Positions 36,785-46,468 of a DNA stretch of 64,000 bases are shown piece by piece. Source of the stretch: Candidatus Multivoradales bacterium (GTDB lineage: Bacteria > Acidobacteriota > Thermoanaerobaculia > Multivoradales > JAHEKO01). The translations under genes and the position numbers were made by a program. The stretch is from contig CBDFIJ010000004.1 in assembly GCA_965248055.1 (NCBI GenBank), positions 32,001-96,000 on the forward strand. Direction: 5' to 3'. The notes under the pieces were generated by a model. That model saw only the letters and a list, made by a program, of their open reading frames with translations, did not search any database and was not told where the DNA came from. Positions within the stretch are counted from its first letter, which is position 1; every line of letters begins with the position of its first letter.

Positions 36785-36957
36785 GGTTCCAGGCGATTAT
36801 TGAAAGAATCTAGAATTCCTTGATTGGGCTGATCACGGATATATTGAACACGTCAAGTTCGTGATCTCATTCACGCCGAAACGATACTTTCGCTCTGCGG
36901 GATCTAGCCCTTACACGAGGAGAGGCTCAAACTGGTCGCACCTATACCTGAAAACGC
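36785..36957. repeat. Direct repeat C, copy 2 (native position after the gspB-like stop codon)
   Basis: Matches 34331-34500; central 60 bp or so are identical. Confidence 0.9.
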
Positions 36958-37758
36958 CTAGCGCAGGGCTAGATAGACTGTGACGCCGCGCCCTTGTAGC
37001 TGCACCCGTTCTCGCTCGATAGCAATCACCTGAAATCCGCCCACCATGTCTTCGGCGCTGAGCATGATGCCGTTGATGATGGCTACCGAGGTGCCGCTAC
37101 GAAAAGCGATCCCTTGTAGTTCCAATCTCTGATCGCCAGTATCTAGGGTCTGGACAAAGCTGGCTCCGTCTTGAAGCTGCGCTGATGGTTGTGCGGATGG
37201 CCCGGTCGGAGTTTGAACCGCACTTTCGCTATCGACCTCGCCGGGAAGTACGGAGCGATTCCGGTCCTCGGTCGGCGGTTGCTGACTTGCACTCGCTGCT
37301 TGGGATCTGCCGCCGATTGATGCGCCACGATTTTCGGTGGATGACGGAGGCACAGCTTCCTGCCGTTGGGAGGTCTGTTGGCGGTCTTGCCCGTTTGCCT
37401 GGGTGTCAGGAGAGAGGCCGTTGCCGGTCGTCTCACCAGCACCGGTAGTCTCGGTGGCGCCGTCTGGTTCTGGGGCTTGCGTGGCCGCAGGACTGCCGAC
37501 CGCCGACCGGGTCGATGAGGACGAAACCTCCGCCGTTTGGCCGGGATTCAAGGTAGAGCGGGCTACCATCCAACCGATACCGGCCCCGATCAAGGCCAGT
37601 ACCACCACACCGATGACAACCCCTGCCAATAGAAGTAGCCAGCGAGCTCTCTTGGCTCGCTCGGGCACCGTCGGTAGTCCGTACTCTCCCTTGCTCGCGG
37701 CTTCCCGCTCCAAGGCTTCGATTTTGGCCCGCTTGAGTGCGTCGTTGAGCAAACTCAT
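36958..37758 (-). CDS. GspB/ExeB-like membrane protein
   Basis: MSLLNDALKRA start, one TM segment, disordered linker, C-terminal LELQGI...AIING...GFQVIAIERERVQL; coupled to an ExeA-like gene. Confidence 0.75.
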   Translation of the reverse strand: MSLLNDALKRAKIEALEREAASKGEYGLPTVPERAKRARWLLLLAGVVIGVVVLALIGAGIGWMVARSTLNPGQTAEVSSSSTRSAVGSPAATQAPEPDGATETTGAGETTGNGLSPDTQANGQDRQQTSQRQEAVPPSSTENRGASIGGRSQAASASQQPPTEDRNRSVLPGEVDSESAVQTPTGPSAQPSAQLQDGASFVQTLDTGDQRLELQGIAFRSGTSVAIINGIMLSAEDMVGGFQVIAIERERVQLQGRGVTVYLALR

Positions 37759-38573
37759 GCTGCCTTGCCCTCTAACTCGGCGACTGCCCGGCGCACGTGA
37801 TGAACGCTGATTTCACGCTCTCCGTCGGCGTATCCGGCCAACAGGCTCTTATCGCACACCGCATTGATCAACCTCGGCACACCGCGAGAGTAACGGTAAA
37901 TGCGATGGAACGCCCAGCGAGAGAAGGTCGGCGGTTCGGCGGCTCCAGCAACTTGCAAGCGGTGGGCTATGTAGCGTTCGGTTTCACTGCGATTCAAGGG
38001 CGGCAAGTGAAAGCGCACGGTGATCCGTTGGCGCAACTGACGGAGATCCTTGCGCTCGAGGCGATCTCGCAGCTCGGGTTGACCAATCAACAAGATCTGC
38101 AACAGTTTGACTTGATCGGTCTCGAGGTTGGAGAGCAAACGGACCTGTTCCAGCAATTCCGGCGTCAGATCCTGCGCTTCATCGATAATCAAGGCGACAT
38201 CGCGTCCTGCCGACAGTTCGCTGAGCAGAAAGTCGTTCAATCGTTTGAGCGCTTGCGCCCGATTGTTGTACGGAACCGGAATACCGAATTCGACCAGAAT
38301 CGCAGCGAGTAACTGGGTAGCAGTCAATGTCGGATTGAGCACCAGAGCGGTGGTGTATTCATCTCCCAGACGCTCTAGAAAGGCCCGACACAGCGTGGTC
38401 TTTCCGGCTCCCACCTCGCCGGTAATCTGAATAAATCCTTTGCGTTCTTGAACACCATAGAGCATATGGTTGAGCGCCTCGCGGTGACGCTCGCTGTAGT
38501 AGAGAAAACGAGGGTCTGGCGTGATGTTAAACGGCGCTTCGCGGAATTGGTAGAAGTCGAGATACATGGTCAA
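37755..38573 (-). CDS. ExeA/GspA-family AAA ATPase (no peptidoglycan-binding domain)
   Basis: PFNITPDPRF, GEVGAGKTT, IIDEAQ, LIGQPEL, GVPRLIN. Confidence 0.92.
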   Translation of the reverse strand: MTMYLDFYQFREAPFNITPDPRFLYYSERHREALNHMLYGVQERKGFIQITGEVGAGKTTLCRAFLERLGDEYTTALVLNPTLTATQLLAAILVEFGIPVPYNNRAQALKRLNDFLLSELSAGRDVALIIDEAQDLTPELLEQVRLLSNLETDQVKLLQILLIGQPELRDRLERKDLRQLRQRITVRFHLPPLNRSETERYIAHRLQVAGAAEPPTFSRWAFHRIYRYSRGVPRLINAVCDKSLLAGYADGEREISVHHVRRAVAELEGKAA

Positions 38574-38742
38574 TCAGTAATTCTAGGGCTGCGGAGTGCC
38601 ATCTTGCATCGTCATTCAGTGTAGCCTAGCCGACGCCAGTTTGGCGTGAATCCTGCAGCCTATTGTCTAGCGTGCAAGGTTGGTGCAACCAGTGTTTCTC
38701 GAAAGCCTTTTTGAGCAATTGTCATCCTCCGGGAGGTCCCCA

Positions 38743-39285
38743 ATGAATCGCCGTTCATTCAAGTTGGTCATGGTCTTTGCGCTCTTGGGTTTAGCCATGG
38801 CGTTGCCCGGAGCGCTGCAAGCGGGTGAGAGAACCGTTGGCGGTGGCATTCACTACTGGAAGAGCTTCGACAACATTCTGGGGCTCAATGACATTGAAGA
38901 CGATGGCTATTCTTTGATGGCCTCATACCAGATTCGACCCGAGGGGTTGTTTTCGTTCGAATTCGATTTGGAGTATTTCGACAACGGTTTTGGCGGCGCT
39001 AGTAACTCCGCTCTGTCACCGCAAGCTCTGGTTTTGTTTGGCCATGGACTGTACGGCGGGGTCGGGATTGGTGTCACCATTGCCAATGATCTGAGCGACA
39101 ATATTTCTGACCCGTTCTACATCGCGCGCGGGGGCTATGAGTTTTCGGTCTTGCCGCACTTAAGTATCGATCTACACGCCAGCTATCGCAGCGACGCGTT
39201 TTCCGATCTGAGCGATATCGATAGCGATGCGATCACGCTGGGAGCCATGGCCCGTTTTCGCCTGGGTCAACGCAACAAACCCTAG
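38743..39285 (+). CDS. Small outer-membrane beta-barrel protein
   Basis: Signal peptide, alternating amphipathic strands, C-terminal ARFRL; GGAGG RBS. Confidence 0.75.
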   Translation: MNRRSFKLVMVFALLGLAMALPGALQAGERTVGGGIHYWKSFDNILGLNDIEDDGYSLMASYQIRPEGLFSFEFDLEYFDNGFGGASNSALSPQALVLFGHGLYGGVGIGVTIANDLSDNISDPFYIARGGYEFSVLPHLSIDLHASYRSDAFSDLSDIDSDAITLGAMARFRLGQRNKP

Positions 39286-39391
39286 TTTTCGACAGGCGCT
39301 AAACCGCCCCACAAAGGACCTATTTGGGGCCCCGGATTATGGGCTATGATCGGCGACCCAGAACTCTCTCCAGAACTGCCGCTCCAGAATC

Positions 39392-40747
39392 ATGGCTCAA
39401 CCGTTCGCTGCACCCACCACCAATCCGTTTTCCAATGAGTCCGAAAGGGCGGTTTTGGGAGCGGTGTTGTTGGCGCCCGAGGAGTTGCCGATGGTCAGCG
39501 GGCGACTGCACGCAGAAGATTTCTACTCGGAGCGCCACAGCAACATCTATGCGGCGATGTTGCAGATCCAAGAGCAGGGCATGGAGATCGATATCAGAAC
39601 CCTGCAGGCCAAATTAGAACAATTGGGCCAGTTTCAAGCGGTCGGCGGACTGGCCTACCTCACAGGATTGGACGTTGACCTGCCCGATGTCGCTCGGGTT
39701 GAAGAATACGTCGAGATCGTCAAAGAGCGTTCGCTGCGCCGAAGGTTGATTGCCGCCTGCGTCAGCATTACCCGCGATTGCCAAGACGGCGGGTTGGAAG
39801 CAGAGGAAGCACTAGGAAAAGCTGAGCAGGCGATTTTGTCGATCGGCGAGGAAGCGATTCAGCGCGGCTTCATTTCCTTGGGAACCTTGATCGATACCCA
39901 CTTACCGGAGATTGAAGACCACGATGGCAGTGATCTGGCGGGACTGGGAACCGGCTTCGTTCAAGTTGATGAAACCATTGGCGGCCTCCAAGCGGGCAAC
40001 CTGATCATCATCGCCGGTCGGCCGGGCATGGGAAAGACCAGTATTGCGCTCAACATGGCCCAGCACGTGGCGATTCGTGAGCAAAAGGCGGTGGCGATTT
40101 TTTCGCTGGAGATGAGTGGCAAAGACTTGATGACGCGGATTTTGTCTTCCGAGGCCAATCTTTCTGGAAAGGGGGTGCGTTCCGGACATCTCTCGCATGG
40201 CGACTGGCAAACCTTGCATCTACACGCCGATCAACTGCGGCCAGCTCCAATCCACATTGATGACACGGCGAGCCTCTCGCTACTGGAACTGGCTTCAAAA
40301 GCCAGACGAGCTAAAGCGGAGAAGGGGGTCGAGCTGGTGATCCTCGACTACTTGCAGTTGATGAGCGCCGGGGGTCGATACGAGAATCGAAACACCGAGA
40401 TTGCCGCGATTACCCGACATTTGAAGCAACTGGCCAAGGAGCTGGAGATCCCGGTAATGGCACTGTCTCAACTCTCCAGGCAACCCGAGCGTCGTGGCGG
40501 AGATCATCGCCCCCAACTTGCCGACCTGCGGGAGTCGGGATCCATCGAACAGGACGCCGACATCGTCGCTTTCGTATTTCGGGAAGAGATCTACAAACCG
40601 GACGATCCGTCTCTACGCGGATTGGCTGAGCTCATCTTGGCCAAGAACCGGCACGGAGAGACTAAGAATCTACCTTTGGTGTTCCTGGGCAAGAACACCA
40701 CCTTCAAGTCCCGCGCTCACCAAGATCACGAGCCGCCGCCTTTCTGA
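39392..40747 (+). CDS. dnaB: Replicative DNA helicase
   Basis: AGRPGMGKT, FSLEMS, ILDYLQLM, LSQLSR, DLRESGSIEQDAD. Confidence 0.98.
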   Translation: MAQPFAAPTTNPFSNESERAVLGAVLLAPEELPMVSGRLHAEDFYSERHSNIYAAMLQIQEQGMEIDIRTLQAKLEQLGQFQAVGGLAYLTGLDVDLPDVARVEEYVEIVKERSLRRRLIAACVSITRDCQDGGLEAEEALGKAEQAILSIGEEAIQRGFISLGTLIDTHLPEIEDHDGSDLAGLGTGFVQVDETIGGLQAGNLIIIAGRPGMGKTSIALNMAQHVAIREQKAVAIFSLEMSGKDLMTRILSSEANLSGKGVRSGHLSHGDWQTLHLHADQLRPAPIHIDDTASLSLLELASKARRAKAEKGVELVILDYLQLMSAGGRYENRNTEIAAITRHLKQLAKELEIPVMALSQLSRQPERRGGDHRPQLADLRESGSIEQDADIVAFVFREEIYKPDDPSLRGLAELILAKNRHGETKNLPLVFLGKNTTFKSRAHQDHEPPPF

Positions 40748-40770
40748 TCCGACCTAGTGAGAGCAAGCTA

Positions 40771-41886
40771 TTGAGCGCCCCCTTGCCGGAAGCGAGTTAC
40801 GCCGCCTGGGTCGAGATTGATTTAGCCGCGCTGAGCAATAATCTGGAGCAACTGCGCACTCGGACATCCGGTGAAAAAATCGCAGCGGTGCTCAAGGCGG
40901 ATGGCTACGGGCATGGAGCGGTCGAAGTCGCGAACTCACTGAGTCAACAGGGCGTCGACCTGATGATCGTGGCGCGAGCCAGTGAGGCGATCGAACTGCG
41001 CAACGCGGGGGTGACCGGTCGCCTACTGGTGCTCTCTCCTCCCGACACTGCGACCTGGGACGTTTGTGTCGAGCACAACCTGGAAGTGACTTGCTCGACC
41101 CCCGAAAGCTTGGCGTTTGTCTGTGGGGTTGAGTCTGCGGCGCTGCAGATGCCGGTTCACGTCAAGATCAACACGGGGATGAATCGCTTGGGTTTACATC
41201 CCGGCTCGGTGCATTCGGCTCTTGAGCGACTGAATCAAGCGTCAGCGGTGCGGCCGGTTGCCTTGTGCAGCCATTTGGCGGACGCCGACCTTGCTGCCAG
41301 TGCCAGGACCGAGGAACAAACCGCCAAGTTTCAAGCAGTGCTCGACGGCTTAGCTTCAAAGTTTGCCGGACTAGAGACCCATCTCGCCAACTCGGCTGGC
41401 TTACTGCATCACCGCTCGGCGTCTTGCTCCTATGTGCGATTGGGGATTTCGCTATACGGCTATGACCCTTGTGCTTTGCTTGAACTGTCGCCGGTGATGT
41501 CGATTCATGCGCGAGTTCTCCAGGTGCATCGCTTGGAAGCCGGCGACCGGGTTGGCTATGGCGGTAGATGGAGTGCAAAGGAGCCAACTCAGGTAGCAAT
41601 CGTCGGCGTGGGCTATGGCGATGGCTACCCCTATCACCAGAATGGCAACGCCCGGGTTCTCACCGAACGAGGTGCGCGACCTGTGGTCGGCTCTGTGAGC
41701 ATGGACTCGTTGGCATTCGCTTGCCCACTCGGAGAAGCGGTGAGAGTCGGAGATCTGGTTACCGTGTTGGGCGAACGGGCCGGGGAGCGGATTATCGCGC
41801 ACGAACTCGGCTGCAACGCCGAAACCATGGCCTACGAGGTTCTGTTGCGGCTTGGACGGCGTTTGCCACGGGTGTTTGTGAACTAG
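40771..41886 (+). CDS. alr: Alanine racemase
   Basis: AVLKADGYGHG, KINTGMNRLG, HLANSA, GYGDGY, VSMD. Confidence 0.96.
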   Translation: MSAPLPEASYAAWVEIDLAALSNNLEQLRTRTSGEKIAAVLKADGYGHGAVEVANSLSQQGVDLMIVARASEAIELRNAGVTGRLLVLSPPDTATWDVCVEHNLEVTCSTPESLAFVCGVESAALQMPVHVKINTGMNRLGLHPGSVHSALERLNQASAVRPVALCSHLADADLAASARTEEQTAKFQAVLDGLASKFAGLETHLANSAGLLHHRSASCSYVRLGISLYGYDPCALLELSPVMSIHARVLQVHRLEAGDRVGYGGRWSAKEPTQVAIVGVGYGDGYPYHQNGNARVLTERGARPVVGSVSMDSLAFACPLGEAVRVGDLVTVLGERAGERIIAHELGCNAETMAYEVLLRLGRRLPRVFVN

Positions 41887-41910
41887 CACTTCTGACTAGA
41901 AGTGCCCGAG

Positions 41911-42804
41911 CTAGAGCTTCGGTTCACCTCCAGTCAATCGACGGAAGGCCTCCAGGTAACGCTCTCGGGTTTCTCCAACCACTTCGTCAGGCAGCTTGGG
42001 CGGAGGAGGTTCATGATCCCAACCACTGGAGTCGAGCCAGTTGCGGACAAACTGCTTGTCCACCGAGACCGGCTCGGCGCCCATCTGCCACTGGCTGGCT
42101 TCCCAATAGCGCGAGGAATCCGGGGTTAGTACTTCGTCAATCAGGTGGATTTTGCCGTCGATCCAACCGAACTCGAACTTGGTGTCGGCGAGAATCAGTC
42201 CAGCCTCCCGGGCAGCCTCTGCACCCTGACGATAGAGCTCCATGGTCAAGGTCCGCAGTTTGGCGCTGACTTCGCTACCCAGTGCTTGTTCCATCACCGC
42301 GTAGCTGATGTTCTCGTCGTGCCCGGTTTCGGCCTTGGTGGCCGGGGTGAAAATCGGCTCCGGTAGCGGTGCCGCCAACTCAAGACCCGCGGGGAGTGAG
42401 ATACCGCAGACTGTCTGATTTGACCGATACTCACGATAGCCGCTGCCAGCCAAGTAGCCTCGGGCGACACATTCAAAGGGAATCACTTCCGCTCGACGGA
42501 CCCAGGCAGAGCGGCCAGCCAGTTGGTCACGCACCGCGTGGAATCGATCGGGGAAGTCTTCCACTTCGGTGGCCACCAGATGATTGGGCACCACCTCGGC
42601 TACTTTGGCAAACCAGAAGTTAGTGAGTTGGTGAAGGATCTTCCCTTTGTCAGGAATCGGCGGATCCAAAACGCTGTCGTAGGCGGAAATCCGGTCGCTG
42701 GCGACCAACAAAAGGTGGTCTTCAAAGTCGTAGATATCCCGTACTTTTCCCTGCCGTGGAGTGGGGAAATCAGCGCCGAGTCCGGTCGAGTTGGGGTGAT
42801 GCAT
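41911..42804 (-). CDS. purC: SAICAR synthetase
   Basis: GKVRDIY, SDRISAYD, ILADTKFEFG, DEVLTPDSSRYW, DKQFVR. Confidence 0.97.
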   Translation of the reverse strand: MHHPNSTGLGADFPTPRQGKVRDIYDFEDHLLLVASDRISAYDSVLDPPIPDKGKILHQLTNFWFAKVAEVVPNHLVATEVEDFPDRFHAVRDQLAGRSAWVRRAEVIPFECVARGYLAGSGYREYRSNQTVCGISLPAGLELAAPLPEPIFTPATKAETGHDENISYAVMEQALGSEVSAKLRTLTMELYRQGAEAAREAGLILADTKFEFGWIDGKIHLIDEVLTPDSSRYWEASQWQMGAEPVSVDKQFVRNWLDSSGWDHEPPPPKLPDEVVGETRERYLEAFRRLTGGEPKL

Positions 42805-42836
42805 CGGCGAATTCTAGCCGAGTCCAGAGGAAAAAA

Positions 42837-44687
42837 TTAGTGCCAAATCGGTTCTGGCAGCCAGGGAAATTGGGCTTGATCAACTGCCTCAAAAACTGTG
42901 TCTTCTCCCCAGTCTTGGCGGTCCACCACTTCGAAGACCTCGATTGGCGCCAATCCCTTAAATTCTGCAAAACCGCGGTGTGAAACTCCAACTTCGAGCT
43001 GGCTTTCAGTATCTCTAGATAGGTCCATGACCAAGAACTCGCGGCTGGAGTCCTGAAACCGACCAACGCCTCCACGGTGTAAAGCGATCAGACGGGCAAG
43101 AAACTGGGCGGTGATGACGATGCCCTCGTTGACCAGGGTTCCATTGGGATTGACATAGGCCCAGAAGCGTCGGGTTTCGGTCGCTTCGTCCACCAAATTG
43201 ATTTGTCGCTGCTCGAAGCGGGAAAAAAAGCGATTGACTTCGCGCCGTTGGTATCCGGCACCTACCAGCAATTTCTTGACCTCCTGCAGGTTGCGGCTGA
43301 CCTTGCCAGAGACCAGTCGGGATATCTCGACAATGCCTGGACCAAACAATTGCCCGTCGAGTTCCCGCCCTGCGGGTGCTGAGGCGACCAAACGGTAGGC
43401 ACCCCAGTTGGCGGCCAACCGCATTCCCCCTGAAAACACCATGCCTTGATCCACTGCGTGACGGTAGGCGCGCTGGATCTCGACGGCAACAGCAAGCACC
43501 GTCCGCGCCGATCGATTAGAGGAAAAGAGCACTCCGTCGCCGAAGTGTTTTTCCATCACCATGCCATTGCGCCGCGCCGCAGCTTGTACTCGTCGTTGAA
43601 AAAAGAAGAACTTGCGCAACGCAGTTTCTCGATCGGCGGTCGGCAGCACCTCGAGCGATGCCATGATCGAAGAGAAGTTGGTGATGTCGTAGCGCAAACC
43701 AAAACGCTGCACGGTGAGTCCTGCTGATTCGCCCGAGAAGATCGACATCGGTCTTTGTTCTGCGGCAAAATGTACCGGTTTTGCCCCTGGTCGTGGCGCA
43801 GTATCCACCCAACCCTGCTGATCGCGTTCGACGACGAATACCTGCCGTCGGTTTTCGTCCAGGATGTCGAACTGGCGCAGGCGGCGATGCAGCTCTTCCC
43901 ACACCGCCGCTTCTTGGAGACTGGGAGCACCTTCACCTCCGTTGTCGGCGAAACGCGCCAAGACACCCGGCCAGTCGGCCTCAAGCGATCCCTCTCCGGC
44001 CAGCTCCAAGTGGTCTCGCAACCACTCTGGAGTGGTCAACACCATGGAACGCAAGGCATTTTCAGCACTTCGCATGCGTTCAAGGAATTGCTCTCCAGGA
44101 AGGCCCCAGAGAGACTCGGCGTAGCCACCGAGTTGCCAGATGGTTGGTTTTTCGGCGTGGGCGAAGATCAATACATTGTCACGAAGCAGGGTTAGCAGAT
44201 GGGGAAAGACCTCGACCTCTGCTTCAAAGCTATGCATCGCGACTTCTGCTGCCGCGCTCGCGGTCCAGTGCCAGATACTCCCGGCGTAGCTGCGCACGGA
44301 GCTATAGATCACGGCCGGGTCCACCGCATCACGATCGGTTACGCCGAGCACTTCGGCAATGAGCTCAGGTAGCAAGGTCGCGACCGACAGTGAGTTGTGT
44401 AGGCAAAACACCGCAGGTAGGGAGTCGTTGCCAGCTAGCAGCAACCCTCGAATGGTGTTGCGGTACATATTCTCGAAGTGCTTCTGCCGCTTTTCGCTCT
44501 GATCCGGGAACACATCCACGAGACCTGCGGTGTTGCGCACTGTGACTTCAAGAAATCCCCGCAATGCGGCCTGAAACGCCATCCGCCGGGGAGTGCTCTC
44601 CACTGTGAACCCGTGTACAGAGGAGCCGCTCGGTTCGGCAAATTCCAAGATACGCGGTTGAGGAAGGGCGATCGATGGCGCGATCAT
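42837..44687 (-). CDS. Protein with a divergent class III nucleotidyl cyclase domain
   Basis: RYDITNFS, EKHFGDG, MRLAANWG, FGPGIVEISRL, EFKGLAPIEVFEV; start uncertain (ORF is open to 44906). Confidence 0.65.
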   Translation of the reverse strand: MIAPSIALPQPRILEFAEPSGSSVHGFTVESTPRRMAFQAALRGFLEVTVRNTAGLVDVFPDQSEKRQKHFENMYRNTIRGLLLAGNDSLPAVFCLHNSLSVATLLPELIAEVLGVTDRDAVDPAVIYSSVRSYAGSIWHWTASAAAEVAMHSFEAEVEVFPHLLTLLRDNVLIFAHAEKPTIWQLGGYAESLWGLPGEQFLERMRSAENALRSMVLTTPEWLRDHLELAGEGSLEADWPGVLARFADNGGEGAPSLQEAAVWEELHRRLRQFDILDENRRQVFVVERDQQGWVDTAPRPGAKPVHFAAEQRPMSIFSGESAGLTVQRFGLRYDITNFSSIMASLEVLPTADRETALRKFFFFQRRVQAAARRNGMVMEKHFGDGVLFSSNRSARTVLAVAVEIQRAYRHAVDQGMVFSGGMRLAANWGAYRLVASAPAGRELDGQLFGPGIVEISRLVSGKVSRNLQEVKKLLVGAGYQRREVNRFFSRFEQRQINLVDEATETRRFWAYVNPNGTLVNEGIVITAQFLARLIALHRGGVGRFQDSSREFLVMDLSRDTESQLEVGVSHRGFAEFKGLAPIEVFEVVDRQDWGEDTVFEAVDQAQFPWLPEPIWH

Positions 44688-45019
44688 AGGAGCCAGGTGG
44701 CCGGGGACGGCCTCTCTCCGGCTCGAGGAAGTCGTCAGATTGTCTGCGGATAATCTTTGCCTGCGCATAGGGTGCCAACTTAACGCTGTGCCGAAGGATA
44801 CCGTTTTCACCCGTCTGGAGACCGACTCTGGGCAAAATGGCGGCCTCTGGAGAGAGGTTGCTAGACTGCACTCACAAGTTGGGGTCTGGGCTAATCTTGG
44901 GTTCAATGCCCAGATTGGCGAACCGACTATCGGCTCTGGGAGTCCTGTCAGATCTGGGAGTCGCTATTATGCCTGGGCAACCTCAGGGGCCCGAGCAGAA
45001 CCTAGGGAGCGTTTGGCAC

Positions 45020-46468
45020 ATGCAAGTTGTTTTTCCTCGCAGCAAGGTGGTCAAGGCCGACTGCTACCTGATCTCGGGGGGGCCGGATGGGTTGCCTCCC
45101 CTGAACCGACTTCCAACTGGGGTCGCGACTGCCGCCAAGAGCCTCTGGCAGCAATTGGCGGTCGACTCTGGGAGTCGGCGCTATCAGCGAGGGCACAGCT
45201 CCCAAGGCCAGGCGGTGGTGGTCCACAAGCTCAAATCGGGAGAAGCGTTGATCCACGAACGGCTCGATGGATGGAGTCGCAAAGTCAACCTCTTGGCGCA
45301 GGACCTAGGGTGTGACGTGGCGGTGGTCTTGGCGCGCTCCGCGGCGCAGGATTCAGGACACGCGCAGCGCGTGCTGACCGCGCTGGCTCTAGTTGATTAC
45401 AAGTTCGATCGTTTTCGTTCGGATTCGAAGAAAAGCGCTGCGCGCCGCGCTTTGTTGGTGCCTCCGAGAGCCGACGCCAAAGTCTTCTCGGAGAATCGAA
45501 AACTTTCGATAGCTTTGGCCGACGGAATCACCTGGACCCGGGATCTAGCCAATGCCCCACCCAATGTCGCCACCCCGGTGTGGATGGCAGAGCAAGCCAG
45601 AAGTCATTTTCGCTCGCTCGGTGCCCGGGTCGAGGTACTGAGTCCCAAAGCGATGGCGCAGCGAGGCATGGGTGGTTTACTGGCAGTCGGGGCCGGTTCC
45701 AGCAACCCACCACGATGCGTGCGCATTCGCATCGGTACTCGCGGCACGAAGATCGCCTTGGTCGGCAAGGGCGTTACCTTCGATACCGGCGGAATTTCCA
45801 TCAAACCCGCAGCGGCGATGGATGAAATGAAGTACGACAAATCGGGTGCCTGTGCGGTGCTCGGTGTGGGGCGTACCGTGGCGCAGCTGAAGTTGCCGAT
45901 TCGCTTGGAAATCTATGTCCCATTGGCGGAAAACATGCTTGATGGGTCGTCCTACCGTCCCGGCGATATCGTCGAGTGTATGAACGGCAAAACCGTGGAG
46001 ATTCTCAACACCGATGCTGAAGGTCGGATGATTTTGGCTGACGCCCTGACCTGGGCGGTGCGCGGCAAACCGGAGCACATTGTTGACTACGCAACTTTGA
46101 CTGGCGCGTGCGTAGTGGCTCTGGGCGAAAAGACCGCCGGGCTGTTTAGCGATGACGACCAAACCGCGGAAGCCTTGCTGGATGCCGCCTCGACGAGTGG
46201 CGAATATCTATGGCGACTGCCGCTGTTTGAGCACTTCAGCCAGCAGATCAAGGGCCACCACGGGGATCTCAAGAACGTCGGACCAAGGTGGGGCGGAGCT
46301 TCGACCGCGGCCGCCTTTCTCAAGGAGTTTGGCGGCGATGCCAAGAGTTGGACTCACATTGATTTGGCCGGACCGGCCTGTTTGCCTTCCGCCGGCAATG
46401 GACGCAAAGAGGCCACCGGTTACGGAGTCGCGCTAACCGTCCAGTGGTTGCGAAGCCTCAGCGGATGA
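45020..46468 (+). CDS. pepA: Leucyl aminopeptidase (M17)
   Basis: VGKGVTFDTGG, MKYDKSG, NTDAEGR, ATLTGA; start estimated from the RBS. Confidence 0.95.
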   Translation: MQVVFPRSKVVKADCYLISGGPDGLPPLNRLPTGVATAAKSLWQQLAVDSGSRRYQRGHSSQGQAVVVHKLKSGEALIHERLDGWSRKVNLLAQDLGCDVAVVLARSAAQDSGHAQRVLTALALVDYKFDRFRSDSKKSAARRALLVPPRADAKVFSENRKLSIALADGITWTRDLANAPPNVATPVWMAEQARSHFRSLGARVEVLSPKAMAQRGMGGLLAVGAGSSNPPRCVRIRIGTRGTKIALVGKGVTFDTGGISIKPAAAMDEMKYDKSGACAVLGVGRTVAQLKLPIRLEIYVPLAENMLDGSSYRPGDIVECMNGKTVEILNTDAEGRMILADALTWAVRGKPEHIVDYATLTGACVVALGEKTAGLFSDDDQTAEALLDAASTSGEYLWRLPLFEHFSQQIKGHHGDLKNVGPRWGGASTAAAFLKEFGGDAKSWTHIDLAGPACLPSAGNGRKEATGYGVALTVQWLRSLSG

